DNA of 61,914 nt, the filler included, from Basidiobolus ranarum (lineage: Eukaryota): the NCBI GenBank assembly GCA_040143965.1. It is 8 parts of 8 records of this genome, joined end to end, with 100 filler letters (N's around TTAATTAATTAA, not from the genome) between each part and the next. Parts side by side here need not be neighbours in the genome. Positions count along the whole stretch, not along the records: positions 23,305 to 30,961 come from JASJQH010007961.1; positions 31,062 to 38,707 come from JASJQH010007962.1; 6 more parts are not named here. The stretch is one strand, 5' to 3'. The notes under the pieces were generated by a model. That model saw only the letters and a program-made list of their open reading frames with translations. It was not told the DNA's origin and ran no database searches. Shown piece by piece: positions 24,525-37,926 of the stretch. Within the stretch, counting starts at the first letter, position 1. Every line of letters begins with the position of its first letter. The translations under genes were made by a program, and so were the position numbers.

Positions 24525-25654
24525 ATGAACCAAGTATCTGAGGAGATGAATTTGCTCTCTTATTTTGAGAAAATGCTACTTGACCCATTGGTGGACTTCA
24601 CCAAGCTCGTTAGTTCCGATATGCCAGTTGAGACTGACTGGTCTAGCGGCTATGCAGGTTCTTGGTTTGTTGCCCTCTTATACTCTTTATGTCGTACCTA
24701 TAACTGAACAATATCTTTTCTTGCAGGTTCTTGAGCCCTAGGCAACATACGATTGAATTTTTGTTATATTTCTTTGTGTTTGCCTTCGCAGCAGTATACT
24801 TTTACAACAAAGGATTCAATAACGAGTAAGTGTGTAAATTTGATTTTGGCTCAAATTACATCTTTTTAACGGCTTGTGGCACATGTAATAGGAAGGCAGT
24901 TATTTTGCCAGTAAACGCATCTCCGCGTACTTTTGGTGAGAAGTTGATCATCTTTGTGTTGAGTTCTTCGTTGATTCTGGTGGTTGTTCACAAAGCATTG
25001 ACTGATAGCTTAATCTTTATGCTGCAACCGTGTCACGTGAGTCTGGTTATTCTACTGACCATCCTTATCTGCCCCAAGACTCAGAAGCTACCACATGTTC
25101 TGTTCAACATCTACCTCAACATTATGTGGGGAACGTAAGGCTTTTCAGATGTGACAAAGAGTGCCTTCTTAAACTAATATATATTTTCTATAGTATTTTG
25201 GCTTTGGTATTTCCCGATTACAGATCTTACACGTTGTTTTTGGAAGTGGAAAACTTTGTTTTTGGTAAGTAAGAAATGAACTAAGTTACAACTTTGAACA
25301 AAACTAACCGTTACCTTAGAACACTGGCTCATTCTACTAACACCGCTCTACATCTTCTACTCCCGTAAAGTGACGGTTTGGAAGCCTTCGGTTAGTATGA
25401 CTATGGCTGCCCATTGTTTTTATGCCTTGTACAATTCAACCATTCTGTTACCAGTGGCGATAGTTTCGGGACAGAATTTGAATTATCAACTATCTCCACC
25501 TATCCAATTGTTACCTGTATTTGGCAAATATTATCGATTTGCCATGCATGCTATGTGTTTGCCACTTACATTTATCATGAGATGGATATTTGTTTCGGTT
25601 GCTTTCAAACTGACGCCTCGTAAAAACATCCTCTCCCCTAAGAAATCCCATTAA
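24525..25654 (+). CDS. TMEM164-family membrane protein, 5 exons
   Basis: GSWFLSPRQH.IE, FMLQPCHV, ALVFPD, FEHWL..P.Y, NLNYQLSPP, FGKYYR; GT-AG introns. Confidence 0.8.
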
Positions 25655-25994
25655 GTTAGAATACAATGGGTGATTTTTCATTTCAATGTCAATAACATCA
25701 AATATATAGATCAAGCCATGCAATTTATTACTGAGATTTTATTGTTCTACAATATCAAAATAGCGATTCACTAACGATGCCAAAATATTAACAATTTCTG
25801 AAGAAATACATTAAAAGCGCAGGCTGAAGGACGGAGGGTTGGTTGGGTTGGGATTGCCACCTGCGAATGATTATTTAGGGTTACCCTAAGATTATGCATT
25901 GTTGAGTACTGACTGCAGATTCCATACGGCTAAGAATGCAAACGGATAGAGGAATGACGTGGGGGAATTAAGGATTGGGAGCACAATAAAGAAG

Positions 25995-27415
25995 TCAACG
26001 ATCTACTGACTCGCCATTGACTTTTTCTGACTTGACTTTCCGACTACGGGTAGCTCTGGTTTGTTTAACGACTGGGGCTGGTGTGGTAGCCTGCTCAAGC
26101 TCGGTGGGCTCCTCTTCTACTGAAATGGCGGGAGTTCCTGGATTACGTCGAACTAGAGCTTCCGTAATACGGGATGGGTTGATTTGCTCCTCTTTTTTAA
26201 ACTTGTACTTGATGTGCTTTTGAGTACGATTTGGAAGCATGAAAGCAATCAAGCTGAAGTCTGTACCCCATTTGGCCAGTCCCTATATTAAACGGCACGT
26301 AAGTTTCCGAATCTATGCCAAGATGTGAATAAGTATCATTTACCTGATAAAACACTTCGGTTTCTTTCGGAGTCCATCTTTGAGACTTGATTCTGCGAAG
26401 GTAGGTACCACTGTTAACGTATCTGTCGGCTGCAGATTCCTCAATGACATCCATAGGCTCTGTGCTTCCATTGCTATTTATGTTGGCGTGTTCCACAAAC
26501 AGAGATGTATCATCAAGAATGAGCTTTCCATTTACCACTCGCATCTGCGGAGCAAAGCTACTAAAAGTCACGAATTAGAATGAATCTTTACAAGAGATTA
26601 AGACCATAAATATACCTTTCTTTCACAGAAGACTGAGTCTCGGTGGTTGGTTGACTGTCTTCAACGATGGGCTCTAAATTTTCTGTTGATGCGACTTCGT
26701 TTGATTCCGGTTTTTTTTTCTTCTCCAACTTTGCTTTTTCTCGTTCGATAAATGCCTTGGTTGGTTTACCACGTTTCGTGTCTTTACAGAACATGAATAA
26801 AGGAACATTCGAAAGATCTTCTTGTGCCGTATTAATTGTCACTTCTGTAGAGTCTTCAGATTTCAATAATTTTTTGCTTATATCTTTGGCGATAGAAGAT
26901 CTTCGTCTTTTTTCGGAATTCACCAAGGGTCTTCCAGGAGTAATAACGTTCCCTTTATTTGCGAGAGTTGGCTTTTCTTTATCTTCAATAGACAAGGAAT
27001 CCACCTTAACTTTACTAATGGGAGTTGGTGAAGCTATTTCAATCTCTGGCTCAGGAGTCTCCTCTACAATTTCATGTTGTTCAACTTGAGAGAATGTTAA
27101 AAAAAATATCTCGTTAAATCAAGGAACAGAGTATACATACTATTATCATGCTGTGGTGATACAATTGGGGTATCAACGAGATTCTTTAGCTCGGACTTTG
27201 CGATATGGTCTTCAGAAGATTGAGGAGAGGCAGAAGGAACCTTTGTGGCAGCTTTGGGTTTCCTAGAAATACGTTGTTTTATTTTAGGGGTGAACCGAGT
27301 TTGTCCCTTGTCTAAAAGAACAAAATATCAGTTTCAAAAGAACACCATTTATATTCTACAAAGAAAGTATTATTATACCAATTCGGAGAGAGGTTAAACT
27401 TCCAGGAGTGGACAT
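25995..27415 (-). CDS. BDP1: TFIIIB subunit B'' (Bdp1), multi-exon
   Basis: DKGQTRFTPK N-terminus; APQMRVVNGKLILDD; VNSGTY; SANT-like WTPKETEVFY..WGTDFSLI..PNRT..IKYKFKKEE. Confidence 0.9.
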
Positions 27416-28075
27416 TTTAAGGTATGTTTATTCGTATATGAAAAGGTATCGCTATTTCGAATATTAATACTCTCGGTCCTTTCGGAGGTTTGTACACCTA
27501 TAATGTGGTTAAAGAAACTATCTTGACTTTCTTTTTTATGACTTTTTTTTTCTCCCTTTTTTCGGTTTTCAAGATTTTATTCAAATACAGGTAAGGTCCT
27601 ACAAAATCTTGGTTTTTCCGTTACTAAAAGATCTAAAAAAAATAGTAATAATTGAATTGGTTGTCACTGTACCTAACTGATGAAGTTCAAATTTCAATTA
27701 AATCTCAAGAACAAATATTTATCGAAGAGGTCAATCTTGGAAAATGAATCGACCTTTTTAACCTAAATCAGGCAAATCTCCATCCAAGTTGCATAATTTC
27801 ATCAAATTCATGATGATTTAATTATATGGAAATTTGTAGAAAATTATTAATAATGGAATTTTTATAAGGTTAATCATTTAGGAATGAAAGGCTGATGATC
27901 TTCTAATCTAATTGAATTTAATTTAGTGGGTTATGACTATCAAAAATCCTAGTGAGGTAATTTCGAGGATGAGGATAGCATAAGCTCTCAATAAACCTCA
28001 CTGAAGGGTAGGACTTGCTTTCTCGAACCAACAACCAAAACTTCTCACCTCTAGAACACTCTTCATGCGACTACG

Positions 28076-30961
28076 ATGAGTGACCCAGTAGAACAAACTA
28101 TTCGTCACGGATTCGAAGTGCAGTATAGTTCGGATGTACTCCCTGGAGAGTATCAGGAAAGTGATGAAGACAAAAACGAAAATGTTTGTTATATGTACTA
28201 CACTGATAAACGTCATGAAAATAATGCAAACGTAAATCCTGATCATCCTGCACACGGAATAATAGAACATGACTGGAGAATGCGGGAAAAAATCAAAACA
28301 GTTTCCTGCGCTCTTGTCATGTGCTTAAATATTGGTGTAGACCCTCCAGACGTTGTCAAGACCAACCCATGTGCAAAATTAGAGGCTTGGATCGATCCAT
28401 TTTCTTTACCTACTCAAAAAGCACTTGAAGCCATTGGAAAGAATATTCAAACTCAATATGAAACTCTACAGCCTAGGGCTAGATACAAACTTTCCCTTGA
28501 TCCTTGTATAGAGGATGTCAAGAAGTTATGTTGTTCTTTGAGAAAAAGCGCTAAAGAAGAGCGAGTACTTTTTCATTATAATGGACACGGTGTCCCTAAA
28601 CCGACTAATAGTGGGGAGATTTGGGTCTTTAACAAAAACTACACCCAGTATATTCCTCTCACCCTATATGACCTTCAATCTTGGCTTGGTTCGCCATGTA
28701 TGTATGTATACGATTGCTCCTCTGCTGGAAATATTTTATTGTCGTTTAATCGTTTTGCCAAACAACGCGATTCCGAGGCAGCCAAACTTGGACATGTACC
28801 TTACACCCCGATGGGAGACTGTATACAGCTGGCTGCTTGTAGTCCAAACGATATTCTTCCTATGAGCCCTGACCTTCCAGCCGACCTTTTTACCTGCTGT
28901 TTAACAACTCCCATCCAAATTGCTCTACAGTGGTTCGCTATTCAAAACCCATTATTAAATAACGTCAACACTGAAATGATCTTGAAAATCCCCGGGAAGT
29001 TAAGCGACCGTCGAACACCTTTAGGAGAACTTAATTGGATATTTACCGCGATCACCGATACCATCGCTTGGAGTGTGCTTCCTCACGATCTTTTTAAGAA
29101 ATACTTTAGGCAAGATATGATGGTGGCGGCGATGTTGAGAAACTTTTTGTTGGCCGATCGAATTATGCGTTCTTATAACTGTACACCGATGTCAATGCCT
29201 CCACTACCTTCCACACATCAACACCCACTATGGAGGTCTTGGGATTTTGCAGTTGATATGTGTTTGGCTCAATTACCAGCGTTGTTGGCTATGGAAGAGG
29301 GTGGGCCGCCCGTTGAATACAAAGCTAGTACGCTGTTTAATGAGCAACTTACAGCATTTGAAATTTGGCTTACACATGGATCCATTAATAGGAATCCTCC
29401 AGAGCAGCTGCCTATACTTCTACAAGTGTTATTGAGTCAAGGACATCGTCTTCGGGCGTTAATTCTATTGTGCAAATTCTTGGACTTGGGGCCTTGGGCG
29501 GTTGACTTGGCTCTTGCGGTCGGGATCTTCCCCTATGTATTAAAGCTTCTTCAAAGTCCAGCGGCCGATTTGAAGCCATTACTCGTGTTTATTTGGGCTA
29601 GAATTTTAGCAGTGGATTCCTCATGTCAGAGCGATCTCTTAAAAGATGATGGATACAATTATTTTGTGAACGTTTTAGCCATCGATAGTGATATCTCACC
29701 TATTCCAAATATCTCTGAACACCGTGCCATGTGTACATTCATTCTCAGTGTACTTTGTGATGATTTCCGTCCAGGCAGAGAAGCATGTCTTAGAAGTAAT
29801 GTTCTATCCCTTTGTTTATCTCATCTTGCTGACGAGGATCCGTTGTTAAGGCAATGGGCATGCTTGTGTATTGGCCAACAATGGACGGGCTTTGCTGACG
29901 CTAAATGTCTTGGGATTAGGGAGAATGCTCACGAGAAGCTTTGTACTCTATTGTCAGACCCAGTGCCTGAGGTACGATCGGCTGCCATGTACGCTCTGGG
30001 ACTGTTCATTGGGGATTTAGATAAAACTGAGCAAGTAATCAATATTGAACATAACATTGCCATCTCCATGCTTATTGGAACTAGTGATGGATCTCCAATG
30101 GTTCGACGTGAATTGGTGGTTGCTCTATCGAGTGTTGTCCATGAGTATGTGAGTAAATTCCTTCAAATTGCATATGAACTTGTCGAGGAAGACCGAAAGC
30201 AAACTTCTCAAACTGTCGATGAACGAATGTTACAACGTGGTCGTACGGAGCGCCGAAACCTACCAGAGAAAATGTTCCGTTCGATTAATCACAGCTCAGT
30301 TTATACATGTGTTTGGAAAGCCTTACTCAACCTCTCAGCAGATCCTCATAACGATGTCTCTACATACGCCATCAAAGTAGTAGATTATGTTCATTATCAG
30401 CTGATTAACTCTTCCATGTCGGAAGCAGCCGCTTCCTCACTGTTACACCTTCCTCCACCTAACTCTGGCACTTCTAGAAACGGTTCGATCAATTCGGGGT
30501 CGGAATATTCTTTGAATGGATCTCAATCGAATGGAAATCAACGTCTCACCTCGAAGATCACCTCCACCTTGAGACGTTCTGCTTCATTCTCATTGAAAGC
30601 GTTGGGATATGTGACAGGGGTTACTGAGGAACCAGATACCAACTCAAATACTACAGATGCTTCGCATAATCATCCAACGAAACGGACCTCATTCATGAGT
30701 AGAAACGATTCATTCACCTCCACCAGCGAGTTAAATGCAGAAGTGGAAAATTCGATCCACACCAAAGGAAGTGATCCATACGAAAAAATCACTCTACCCC
30801 TTCAATCTTACTTTTACAATTGGTGTAGGGAATACTTCGCTGAGCCACAGATGCGTCCAGCTGAAGCGGACGAACCCGGAAGTGGGGATTATAATGAACG
30901 GTTGTGGGGTAGAATGAGAAATTAAAAGGTGGTATTTGAAAGTGATACTTTAAGTGAACAT
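28076..30961 (+). CDS. KOG1: Raptor/Kog1 (TORC1 subunit): RNC domain and HEAT repeats; WD40 part missing
   Basis: WRMREKIKT, LNIGVDPPD, FHYNGHGVP, LQVLLSQGHRLRAL, DPVPEVR. In-frame TAA at 30923, 36 nt before the contig end. Possible small upstream exon at 27933-27956. Confidence 0.97.
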
Positions 30962-31061
30962 NNNNNNNNNNNNNNNNNNNNNNNNNNNNNNNNNNNNNNN
31001 NNNNNTTAATTAATTAANNNNNNNNNNNNNNNNNNNNNNNNNNNNNNNNNNNNNNNNNNNN
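30962..31061. other. Artificial contig linker
   Basis: N44-TTAATTAATTAA-N44. Confidence 0.99.
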
Positions 31062-31311
31062 AACTTGCCACAGTATATTCCCTATTCAGTATATTTTGTT
31101 TTATCTTGGAATGTCTATATAAGCCCCATGTATTCCTTGATCAGACCTCAGTCTGATCAACACCAGTTATCAATAAAGATTCTTGCCAAAGTATCTTCCT
31201 TGTCCAGCCTTGTCTTGTCTTGTCTTGTCTTGTGGTCTACACCCAAGTACTCTCCTATCTTCTAGCCTCTTGTCATTGTTTCCAGTCCTTGTCCAGTTCC
31301 TTATTGTGACA
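31062..31311 (+). repeat. LTR-like repeat family D (3' part)
   Basis: TATA, AATAAA and (TCTTG)n; ends TGTGACA; homologous to 380-517. Confidence 0.75.
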
Positions 31312-33660
31312 CCTTGTACCCCAAAAGATAAGAAGCAGACTGACCAACCTTTAGAGTAAGGATATATAAGAACAAGCCAGTCACCAAGAGGAGCACCATT
31401 CTTGTTTGTCAATAAGTAAACTTGGGCCCATAAAATGTGTTTTGATTATCAAACACAATACTTAGTCACCATAAAGAACAAAAATTCTTTTCATAGGATT
31501 AATGACCTACCAAATCAACTCAATGGAGCCAAAATTTATGGAAAAATTGATCTAATGTGCTGCTACAATCAGATCCAAGCAAGGCCAAAGGCCATATCTG
31601 ATACTGCCTTTAGGTCAAGATATGGACACTGTTAGTATCTTGTCATCAGTTTTGCACTAACCAATGAACCAGCTAACATTAAGACAATATTGTAGAATGT
31701 CTTTGACAAATACTTGGACCAATTTGTCTTCAGTTACTTTGATGACATCCTGAGCTATTGTATGCTCAGGAAGAATATGTACAACATGTAAGGAAAGTCT
31801 CAGTGAAACCCCAAGCCAACCAACTTAATGGAAAACTCAGTAAGTGTGAGTTCACAAACAACCAAGTGGAATATCTAGAACATTCTGTACCAAATTGAGA
31901 AGTAGCCATGAATGCCAGAAAGGTTGAAGTAATTCATAATTGGAAGCAGCCCACTACTATATTGTAACTCAGGTCATTCTTAGGAATAGTTCTCTAATAC
32001 AAAAGATTCTTTGAAGGATCTTCCTCAATCTTGGCCCAATTGACTGAAATACTCAAGAAGGTCCATGTTATGACTTGGAACTGTATGTGTGTAGTATCTG
32101 TTCAATCCATGAAAGTTAAACTAGCAAAGTCACCTACATTGGAGCTTCCAGATTTTTACTAGCAATTTTCTTGCGCAACAGATCCCTCATGCTTTGCCAT
32201 GACAGGAATTCTAAGCGAAATTTATGATGATGTGGAGTACCCAGTTGCCTTGGAGTCCAAGAAGATGAATAGTGCAGAACTAAACTCTCAAGCTCATGGA
32301 AAAGAGAAGCTTGCCTTTATCCATTAACTCAAAGTGTGAGGAAGCTATTCAGAAGGTGTAAAGACTATTTTGCAGACAGACCATGCCTCTCCCAAGTATA
32401 TTTGTATCCAAAAAAAGCTGTTAAAAAGAATGACACAATGGAGTAAATATCTGAATCACTTTAACTTGGATATAACCTATTGATCTGGAAAAGTCAATAA
32501 AGTAACAGATGCTCTGTCTTCAGTGTATAGGCCCAAGATGGTGACGTCATTGAAGAACTTGATTGGACTATCATAGTACTACAATTTTTGGAGGACCAAC
32601 CATTTTCAGAGCCAGCTGGTGGAGAAGTAACAAATAAACATATCCCAAAGCAGAGAAATTTGTTGTACAAATAGAAACTCTCCACCATATTCTCATCAAC
32701 CAGCTGGGTACCTTACTACCCCCATCCCAACCAATTTAACATATTTCATAAGCTACACAATGGCTAAGGGCAACTAGGAATTGAAGCAGCACTCTGTCTA
32801 TCAAAGCCCAGAGCCTAATGGCCAAAGATGAACAGTGATATCAAGAAAGTAGGCAACACTTGCCCTAGTTGTCAAATCTACTAGAATCAACCCTGGAGAC
32901 ATATAGACCTATTCCCTTTGGAGCCATTGAGACATTTTGAGATTTAGGGAATTGATACCAATGAAAGACTACCAACTACTGGAAGAAGCAACCAATGGAT
33001 TCTTGTCGCCACTGATCAAACAACTTGGAGGCAGATGTCAAAGTAGTACTAATAGCCAGGGAAGAAGAAGTTGCAAATTTCATAGACTACAAAATTTGGA
33101 CAAAGTTTGGATGCTCTGTTAATATTCTATTGGACAGAGAAGCTAACTATAGAGCCAAAACACTGAGAGCCTATTTGGAACTTCATACATCAAGCATTTT
33201 AAGACCTCTTCATCTTATCAACAAATCAATGGAGTCACTAAGAGATTTAATGGACCTTTTAGCAAGATGCTTTCCAAGTATGCTAATGGAGCAACACACA
33301 AGTGGGGTCAGTGCATTGATAAAGCCTTCTTTGCCTGCCATATATAAATATGTAGCACAACTCTGAAGACCAATTTCTACTTAGTGTAAAGATGTCTCCC
33401 AAAAATATAGGAGCCACACTGCAACCAAAACTTATCAACCTTCCTGATGATGAACTTAGCCAAACCATACCAAAGGAAAAGCTTACTGAGGAAAGACATA
33501 CAGCAAAAGCCATATTTGAAGACAGCACCTTAAAAATCAAGTCTTATTTTGACAACACTATAACTCTCAATCAATTACAAAAGCAACCATGGTGCTGTTA
33601 AGAAATAACACCTCAAAGAAGTGTGAGCCTCTATGGACAGGACCTAGTGTCTAAATAGTG
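31312..33660 (+). mobile_element. Degenerate Ty3/gypsy pol (RT-RNaseH-integrase)
   Basis: KIDL..YNQI..TAFRSRYGH, YFDDIL, KCEF..VEYL, ESKKM..AE, TDH, WPKM..TCPSCQ, GID; RT precedes IN; many stops. Confidence 0.9.
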
Positions 33661-33723
33661 CCATTAAGATTTTATAGATGAAGAACTATGATACAAAGTA
33701 AAGAATATGTTTTTTCCTCATAC

Positions 33724-36700
33724 TGATAAGAGTATTCAGTAGATTTGGAAGTGTTTGGGACAAGATTTGCATTTGTGAATTAGAAACTTAAGTTTTGTTG
33801 CCTTGAAAATTTCCAATTTGTGGTTTAATATGAAATTGAACTATTGGATATGCTTAGATCATAACAATCATGCCTATTAAGCAAGGGTCAAATTGGAGAT
33901 GATTTTGAGAAGTTTTGAGAACATAGTGAAATTAGTAAAATTGATGGAAGTGATATTTCTATCAGTCAGAGCAATGAACTCACATTTTTGAATGGCAAAA
34001 TTGATTGCTAAAAAATCAGAATATGAATAAGCTAACCACTAAATAAGGAGTTGCAGTTTACCTAGTTTCAACATTCTTACTTGACTAATGCTTTTCATAC
34101 ATCTTAAACCTAACTTATATCTTAGTGATGCATGTTGTGCTTTAGCTAAAGGTTTGGTTAAGGTGTCAGCAATCTTTTCTTTTGTAGGGCAATAGAAAAG
34201 TTCAATTATATCATTCTCTATTGCTTCTCTGATAAAATGATGCCAAACACTTATATGCTTGCTCTTGATAAAAGGGTTTAGTGGATTTGAAAGTGTTTTG
34301 GACAAGATTTGGATTTGAGATTAGACATTTAAGTTTTATTGAAGTGAATATGTCCTATTTATGGTTTACTATGAAACAGGACTATTGGATGTGCTTGGAT
34401 CATAGCCAACATGCCTATTAAGCAAGGGTGAAAATTTGAAGTGATATAGAGAAGTTTTGAGAAAATAGTGGAAATTGGTAAAAGTGATCTTATTCATATT
34501 TCCATCAATTAGAGCAATAAACGCATATTTTTGAATGGCAGAATTGAGTGCTAAATAATCAGAATATGAATAAACTAAGTGCTAAATAATGAGTTGCTAT
34601 TTACCTAATTTCAACATTCCCACTCAACTGATTATTTTGTATTTCTCTCAAACCTAACTTTTATCTTAATAATTCAAATTGTGTGCTAGCTAAAGGTTTA
34701 GTTAAGATGTCAGCAACTGTTTATTTAGTAGGGCAATAGACAAGCTCAATTAAATCACTCTTTATTGCTTCTCTAACAACATGATGCCTAATATCTATAT
34801 GTTTTGTTCTAACATGAAATGTTGGGTTTTTAGCTACCAAAATACAACTTTGATTGTCTTCAAATACAGTGATATCCTGTTTTTGGATATATCCCAAGTC
34901 TGTAAATAACTTCCTTAATCATATAGCTTCTTGCATAGTAGCAGGGGCAGCCATATACTCTGCTTCTCTAGTGGAAAGTGCTATGGTTGGTTGCATCTTA
35001 CTATTCCAAGTTATGACTCTATTATTGTAGAGAAAAGTGTACCCAGTAGTTGATCTTCTATCATCAAGGTTTCTTTCCCAATCTGCATCATTGTAGCCTT
35101 CAAAATTTTGTGCATCAGGAGTGGCAGAGTATTCCAGAACTAGATCTACAGTTACTCTCAAATACCAAAGTATTTGTTTTACTGCAGTTTTGTGCTCAGA
35201 TCCAGGATTTTTGAGATATTCGCTGCAGTTCCCACTGCCACAGCAATTTCTGGACACGTTCCAACCATTATATACATTATACTTCCCACCATGGATTGAT
35301 AAGGGAACTCCCGGCTTTGATTTGAGTCATTTTTGGCCAAATTAGGTGAAATTTTGATTAATATCACATTGGGATCCATTGGTGTTGATACAGGCTTGCT
35401 ATTCTCCATGTTGAAGTGTTTTAGGATGTCTAGGATGTATCTAGACTAATTCAGCATGATTTTCTGATTTCTGATCCCTATCAGTGCTTATCTGAATTGC
35501 TTGTTCCAATGTTGGCTTTTTGGCAAAAATCTTTTTTCCATTATTTTTAATTTAATGGCCTGGTTTCTTGTAATACTTGCAGATGAATGATTTCCTATCT
35601 GGGGCACCATTATTGAAGCCAGTTAGACATTTTACTGCTCCAAAAAATGCCTGTTCTGCATTAATTCCCCATTCTAAAGCCTAGCACTGAGATAATCCAA
35701 TGTTAATGGCTCTGGTTTTGATTCTTGAGCAATTATGAGATTCCTAAGCTCATCTAGCAGGCTCCCAAGTAGTGTCATGACTGAGTCGTCTTCATTTAGA
35801 GTGCTTTAATGGATGAGAGCTGATCTGCAATTGTTTTTATCAATTGATATGATTAAGCATAAAATCATCAGAATTCATGTGAATTGAGAATAGATATTCC
35901 CTAATACATAGCCTATGAGCCAGACTTTTAGTTTCATGTAGTCCCTCAGGTGTTTTGCAAGCATTTTGGACATTTCAGGCTGCTTGTATATATCTCAATT
36001 GAGAGTCTCTGAGATGTGGACAAAGTGTAGAGAGTGCTTTCCGCTGCTTCTTGTGAAAGGCAAGGATAGCTTCTTGTGGTCACTTTAGCTCTATTACTTC
36101 TCCAGTAACACATCCCCAAAGGTCCTTGTATTCAAGCACCATTTGAATCTTGAACTTCCAAAGGTGAAAGTCTTCACCATCAAACCTCTCTGTGGATGCA
36201 AAAACATTGGTAATAGTACTGGTAGACATTCCATTGACAGCTAGTGTGGGGCTCATACCCTGATACAAGTGTTCAGGGGATTTGGAAGTGTTTTGGACAA
36301 AATTTAGCTCTGAGAATTAGACACTTAAGTTTTATTGAATTGAATATGTCCTATTTACATTTTGCTACAAAGCAGGACTATTAGATGTGTTAGGATCATA
36401 ACAAACATGCCTGTTAAGCGTGAGTTGCTATTTGCTTAATTTCAACAGTTCTAGCATGCAATGGAGGATTTTTAGCTAATGAAATACCACTTTGATTCTC
36501 TTCAAATACAGTAAAAGCATGCTTTTGCTTGTATCCTGAGTTTGTAAATTGCTTCCTGAACTAGATCTACAGTTCCTCTCAAATGCCAGAATATTTGTTT
36601 TACTGCAGTTTTGTGCTCAGAAACTAGATTTTTGGGATATTGGCTGATAGCTCCCACTGCCACAGCAATGTCTCAATGCATTCCAACCATTTTATACATT

Positions 36701-37915
36701 AAACTTCCCCCCATGGATGGCTAAGGGAACTCTGGGGTTTGATTTGAGTCAATTTGTGCAAAATTGGACATGATTTTCATTAATTTTGCATTGAGATCCA
36801 TTTGAGTTGCTGCAGGCTTGTTATTCACCATTTTGAGCATTTACAAATGTCTAGAATGTATCTAGACCAATCCCACAGGATTTTTTGATTGAGTTTATCT
36901 CTCTTGATTTGGATTCAAAGAAAATAACTCAATTTACCAATATGAGAAATTGGCTTGATTAGCTGCTTCTTGTTTGATTACGTGCTTCTCAATCATTTGT
37001 GGCTATAATAAAGTTCTCTACATACAGCGCCAAGACAATGATCCTGTTTCCAGTTATTGAGATGTAACAGCTGTTATTTGCTGTGCATCTTTGGAATTCA
37101 GTGATTCCAAATTGAAATAAATTTTTTGCACCATGCCCTAAGTGATTGCTTGAGTCCATATAGCAATTTTTACAGTTTACAGACTTTATCAGGGTGTTTT
37201 TGATCAACAAATCCATTTGGATGCTCCATATATATCTCTTCTTCTAGATTTCAATTTAGAAAGGCTATTTTTATGTCCATTTGATGTAAATCAAGTTTAT
37301 GGATGGCTGAGAGTGCCAGGACTGATCTAATGGAGCTAAACTTAGCCACTGGGGCAAAAGTTACATTAAAACAACTCCTCAAGTCTAATAATGACCTGTG
37401 GCTACTAATCTTACTATGTACCTTTCTTTAGTTCCATCAGCTTTTTTTTTAACTCTGTAAACCCATTTGCAACTTATTGGCTGTCTTTCTGTTGGTGGGG
37501 AACACAAACCCCATGTTTTATTGTCCTGAAGAAAAGAAAACTTATCATACATTGCCTTTTCCTATATTTCTGATTTTGGGTACTCCAGAGCTTGATTTAA
37601 AGTCTATGTCTTTTCACTAAATGTTGCATAAGCATAGAAATCATCATTGGAAGGGTTCAACCTGGCCTGGCTGATTCCTCTTTCTGAATAAACTTCTAGG
37701 TCCTTATTCATTGTTTCATATAATAGGGCATAAATCCTGGTTCAATTGGGCTCAAATACTTCCTGAAGAGTGCTGATTTCATATTTGGGATCAAGAGCTG
37801 TGATTTCAGGTGAAAAATTTATTTTTTCTTCAAATACATCTCTGCACTTCACTAGCTTCTAATTTTCAGTATCACACAGTCTGTGTGGCTTAGATCCAAA
37901 CACAGTAACAAAGAT
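33724..37915 (-). mobile_element. Degenerate copia family-A element (outer), 3' LTR 33724-34073, interrupted by a nested copy
   Basis: RT (KIAFLN, LYGLKQ, LYVENF) and RNase H end (KHI..HFIRE..ADTLTKPL); the HARTKHI motif is split by the 34266-36447 insertion. Confidence 0.85.
34266..36447 (-). mobile_element. Nested, internally deleted copia family-A element (~2.2 kb)
   Basis: 5' LTR 36447-36261 (deleted), PBS GGGTATGAGCCCC, gag with CKYYKKPGH-type knuckle, junction at ~35470 into RT end/RNase H, PPT, 3' LTR 34616-34266; flanks GCTCT/GTTCT. Confidence 0.85.
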
Positions 37916-37926
37916 ATGTTGATTTT

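Noticed and set aside
23205-25654. Extending the P450/SDR cluster to TMEM164 as a lipid-modifying cluster
   Set aside because: Separated by an artificial linker, so adjacency is meaningless
25875-25889. TTAGGGTTACCCTAA and scattered CCCTAA words as telomere or fusion sites
   Set aside because: Only one or two units each; expected by chance
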